In this document: in pieces, positions 61,507-64,000 of the stretch
Layout: every line of letters starts with the position of its first letter
Position numbering within the stretch: position 1 is the first letter of the stretch
From: Podospora anserina
Taxonomy: Eukaryota
DNA length: 64,000 bases
Reading direction: 5' to 3'
Assembly: GCA_017654855.1 (NCBI GenBank)
Contig: CM030337.1
Location: 3,596,001 to 3,660,000, forward strand
Notes under the pieces: model-generated
Databases searched by the model: none
Told to the model about the DNA's origin: nothing
Seen by the model: only the letters and a program-made list of their open reading frames with translations
Translations under genes and position numbers: made by a program

Positions 61507-64000
61507 TAAAAAGCCTATTCTTTATCTAAACAGGTATAAGGTAAGTTGAGAGTTATTATACCTATCTATGACTGATTTGCAGTACCGGTTATCTTATCCA
61601 CGACGTGCCTACCTACCCAGAAGCTACAGACAAACAAGTCTTCAAGACTGATTTGCATGTTGAAATTGAACGGATGGGATATGAAGTGCTTGTCACATGT
61701 CCGTCATACAAACATTTGTTCTAGAGGGTGCGTGCGTGTCTTGACGACAGTCGTCTCGGCTACTGCAGGAGTTGATGCCTCAAGTTGCAGCTCTGATGCT
61801 TGGGATGCTTTGGGTTTATGCCATGCAGGTGGTGGTGCTTGCAGCGGAAATTCGTCCGCTGTGTCAACACCTCAGTGAGAGACTAACATTATGTGAGCCT
61901 TTATGCGGCATAAATCCAAGATTGGGTACAACCTCCGTTCATATGATGGGTTATGATGAGGTCCTTCTACGTTGGGGCTACATGTCGGCCTGGACATGTA
62001 CCGACTCCGAACATTTGCATGGAGAACTTCCAGCGTCTCTGATGGGAAAGCCGAAGTGGTCAATCCTGCAAAACGGTTTGAAAGGAAAGAAGGTAGCAAT
62101 CCCGAGCCTGATTTCCGTGTGTTGTGCCACTCCTCTCATGACGAGTCCAGGCACCGTACAGTATACAGGCAGAGTACCACTGTCATATCCGCTGTGGCTG
62201 CTTGCTGCCTGTCAATATTGACGTCTCCCTCCGTCTGTCTGTCTCCCGACCTCTCCAGCTTTCCTCCGGCGGAAATACGGACACGGGGTAAAAGACAACC
62301 CTACTGCATCTGGTAGGCCGCAAGGCACTGCTGCGCAAGAAAAAGATCGCTCCCTCTCCTGTTGCACCTCCCCACTCACACCTCAACAGTTAAACCCACA
62401 CATCGAACTTGACTCTTCACGATCGTTCAAACCTGCCTCACGTAACGCGGAGAATTCGCCACCCGTGAAACCAACCCTACCTTACTCTTTCTGAACGGAC
62501 GAACAGCTCCTGAACTGATTGGTATGTGCATGATGCAATGCACGACCTACAGTCACCTCTCGTGTGAACACTCGCTCAAAAAAAAAGACTTGTTCAAAGT
62601 TTCCTTCCTCATCAACTTTGCCCAAGCGCTGCGCTCAATAACTTTTCCAACTCCTTGGGGATACCGCCGGATGTGACCTTGAAGGCGAACGGCGGCCGTG
62701 GCGGGTAAGCCCGATTTTGTGTTGGCGCGGGGGAAAGCTGTAGGAAAGCCGGAATATCTGCATAGTGTCAGTCTAATATGATCAGACTTGCAGAGTAGCA
62801 CTGGGAAACGACAGTCGCCCCCCCCGGATAAGTGATGAACTTGTCATATTTTCCACCGTTGACGCCGAACCCCGCGCTTGTCTTCTAGAGAGAAAAGAAG
62901 TGGGATGTTTTTGTCCAGTTGTCCAAAGACGAAGTGGGCTGGTTTGGTGGTTGGCTGTGACAGCTCTCGCTGTCTTGCAGATTTCCGGGCCGGCCGTTTC
63001 GATTCTCTCTTCTTCTTCTTCCCTTCACATGGTCTCTCTTGTTGGGAATGGTTCAGTCAGTTTTGTCTTCCATTCATCCACGATCTGCGTCATCAACCAC
63101 CCATCATGAACCTCTCAAAAGACCCTGATGATCCAGATCAACACCGCCACAACTGGCCGTGTTCTCGTCATCAACAAGGAAAGACCCTGAAAAAAACAAA
63201 AATAGAAAAAAAACCTCGATCTGAAAAAAAAGAAGGGTCCAGCATGGACGATGCCGACTCTGTCCCAATCCACAATTGGAACATCCAGAACAAATCGACA
63301 CTTCTCTTTTCCAATGGAGTATTGTCATTCGATCTTCCAGCCAAGCTCAAGAAAGCCAAGCTCTTCCTGCCCTGTTGCTTCCCCTCATCTGTAATACCCT
63401 TCCCAAAGCGGGAAAAAACGATGAATAATACGACTGCGGTAATTTTTGCTTTTTGATGCTCGTCTTTCACGGATATTTTTTCTTAGGGTACTGTTACGGA
63501 AGAAAAAACCCCACGAACAAGCCCCACCCCAGAACAACTGTTACGCTAGGAGGCTAGCTAGCTATCAGACGGTCTTGGCCTCTGTCTTTTTTTCTTTCTT
63601 TCCTTTTCGCTTTTTTGCATTGGGGGTTACAGCAAACTCCACCTCTCCTCACTTGCCCCTCTCTCTGCGCACGGGGCAGTTTTGCTGCCCAACTCCGATT
63701 CTAGCCATACACAGACGCCGGAGCCCGAGGGAATGCAGCGTTAAGCTGAAAGCTGTCGAGGGGATGAACGGAGACGACGACGGCACCAGCTCGCGGTAGA
63801 TGCCCGGAGGCCAGCTTTTGCAAAACAAGGAGATGGTGGTGTCCGTCAGCACGAGACAGGGCGGAGACCACTCGGACGTAACAGGGAGCCCAGATCGGCC
63901 GTCTGGCACGGTGGACGCCGGCCGGTGGTGGGCTAGGAGAATAGATCGGATCTGACTTTTGTATTGTTGGTAGCTGCTGAAAATGTGCGCTACCTACCCC

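Noticed and set aside
60000-64000. Short ORFs in the last 4 kb
   Set aside because: No recognisable domains; looks like intergenic or 5' regulatory DNA with homopolymer runs, possibly with a decayed gene near 61650-62300 that I cannot support.

Overview
Intron-containing filamentous-ascomycete DNA (Sordariales). The LTR families, RIP signature and gene style suggest Podospora or a close relative, but that is inference. Two conserved-looking gene blocks are present. The first (1-12.6 kb) holds a GFA protein, a SLATT 2TM protein, a thioesterase, two paralogous secreted Cys-rich proteins, an MFS-like transporter and an SH3 protein. The second (38.4-60 kb) holds tRNA-Lys, a PHD protein, a CoA-transferase III, Vps9, initiator tRNA-Met, an asparagine-synthetase-like protein, TFIIB and Rsc7/Npl6. 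Between them lies a ~25 kb accessory island (13.2-38.2 kb). It contains nested solo LTRs, RIP-mutated transposon relics, several pseudogenes, an amidase, a LaeA-like methyltransferase, a decayed nuclease-like + kinase-like gene pair, and an apparently intact NLR (SesB-like hydrolase/NB-ARC/nine near-identical TPR repeats). The most striking signal is at the 3' end of the Rsc7/Npl6 gene. A cryptic in-frame intron (58675-58786) skips the normal stop and enters a frame broken by a single UAG (59026-59028). That UAG sits in the loop of a long hairpin in a UUAGGA context and is followed by 284 open codons with an AT-hook and four LNGHDxVSSM repeats. This is a candidate splicing plus A-to-I stop-codon-editing switch for a long chromatin-remodeller isoform.
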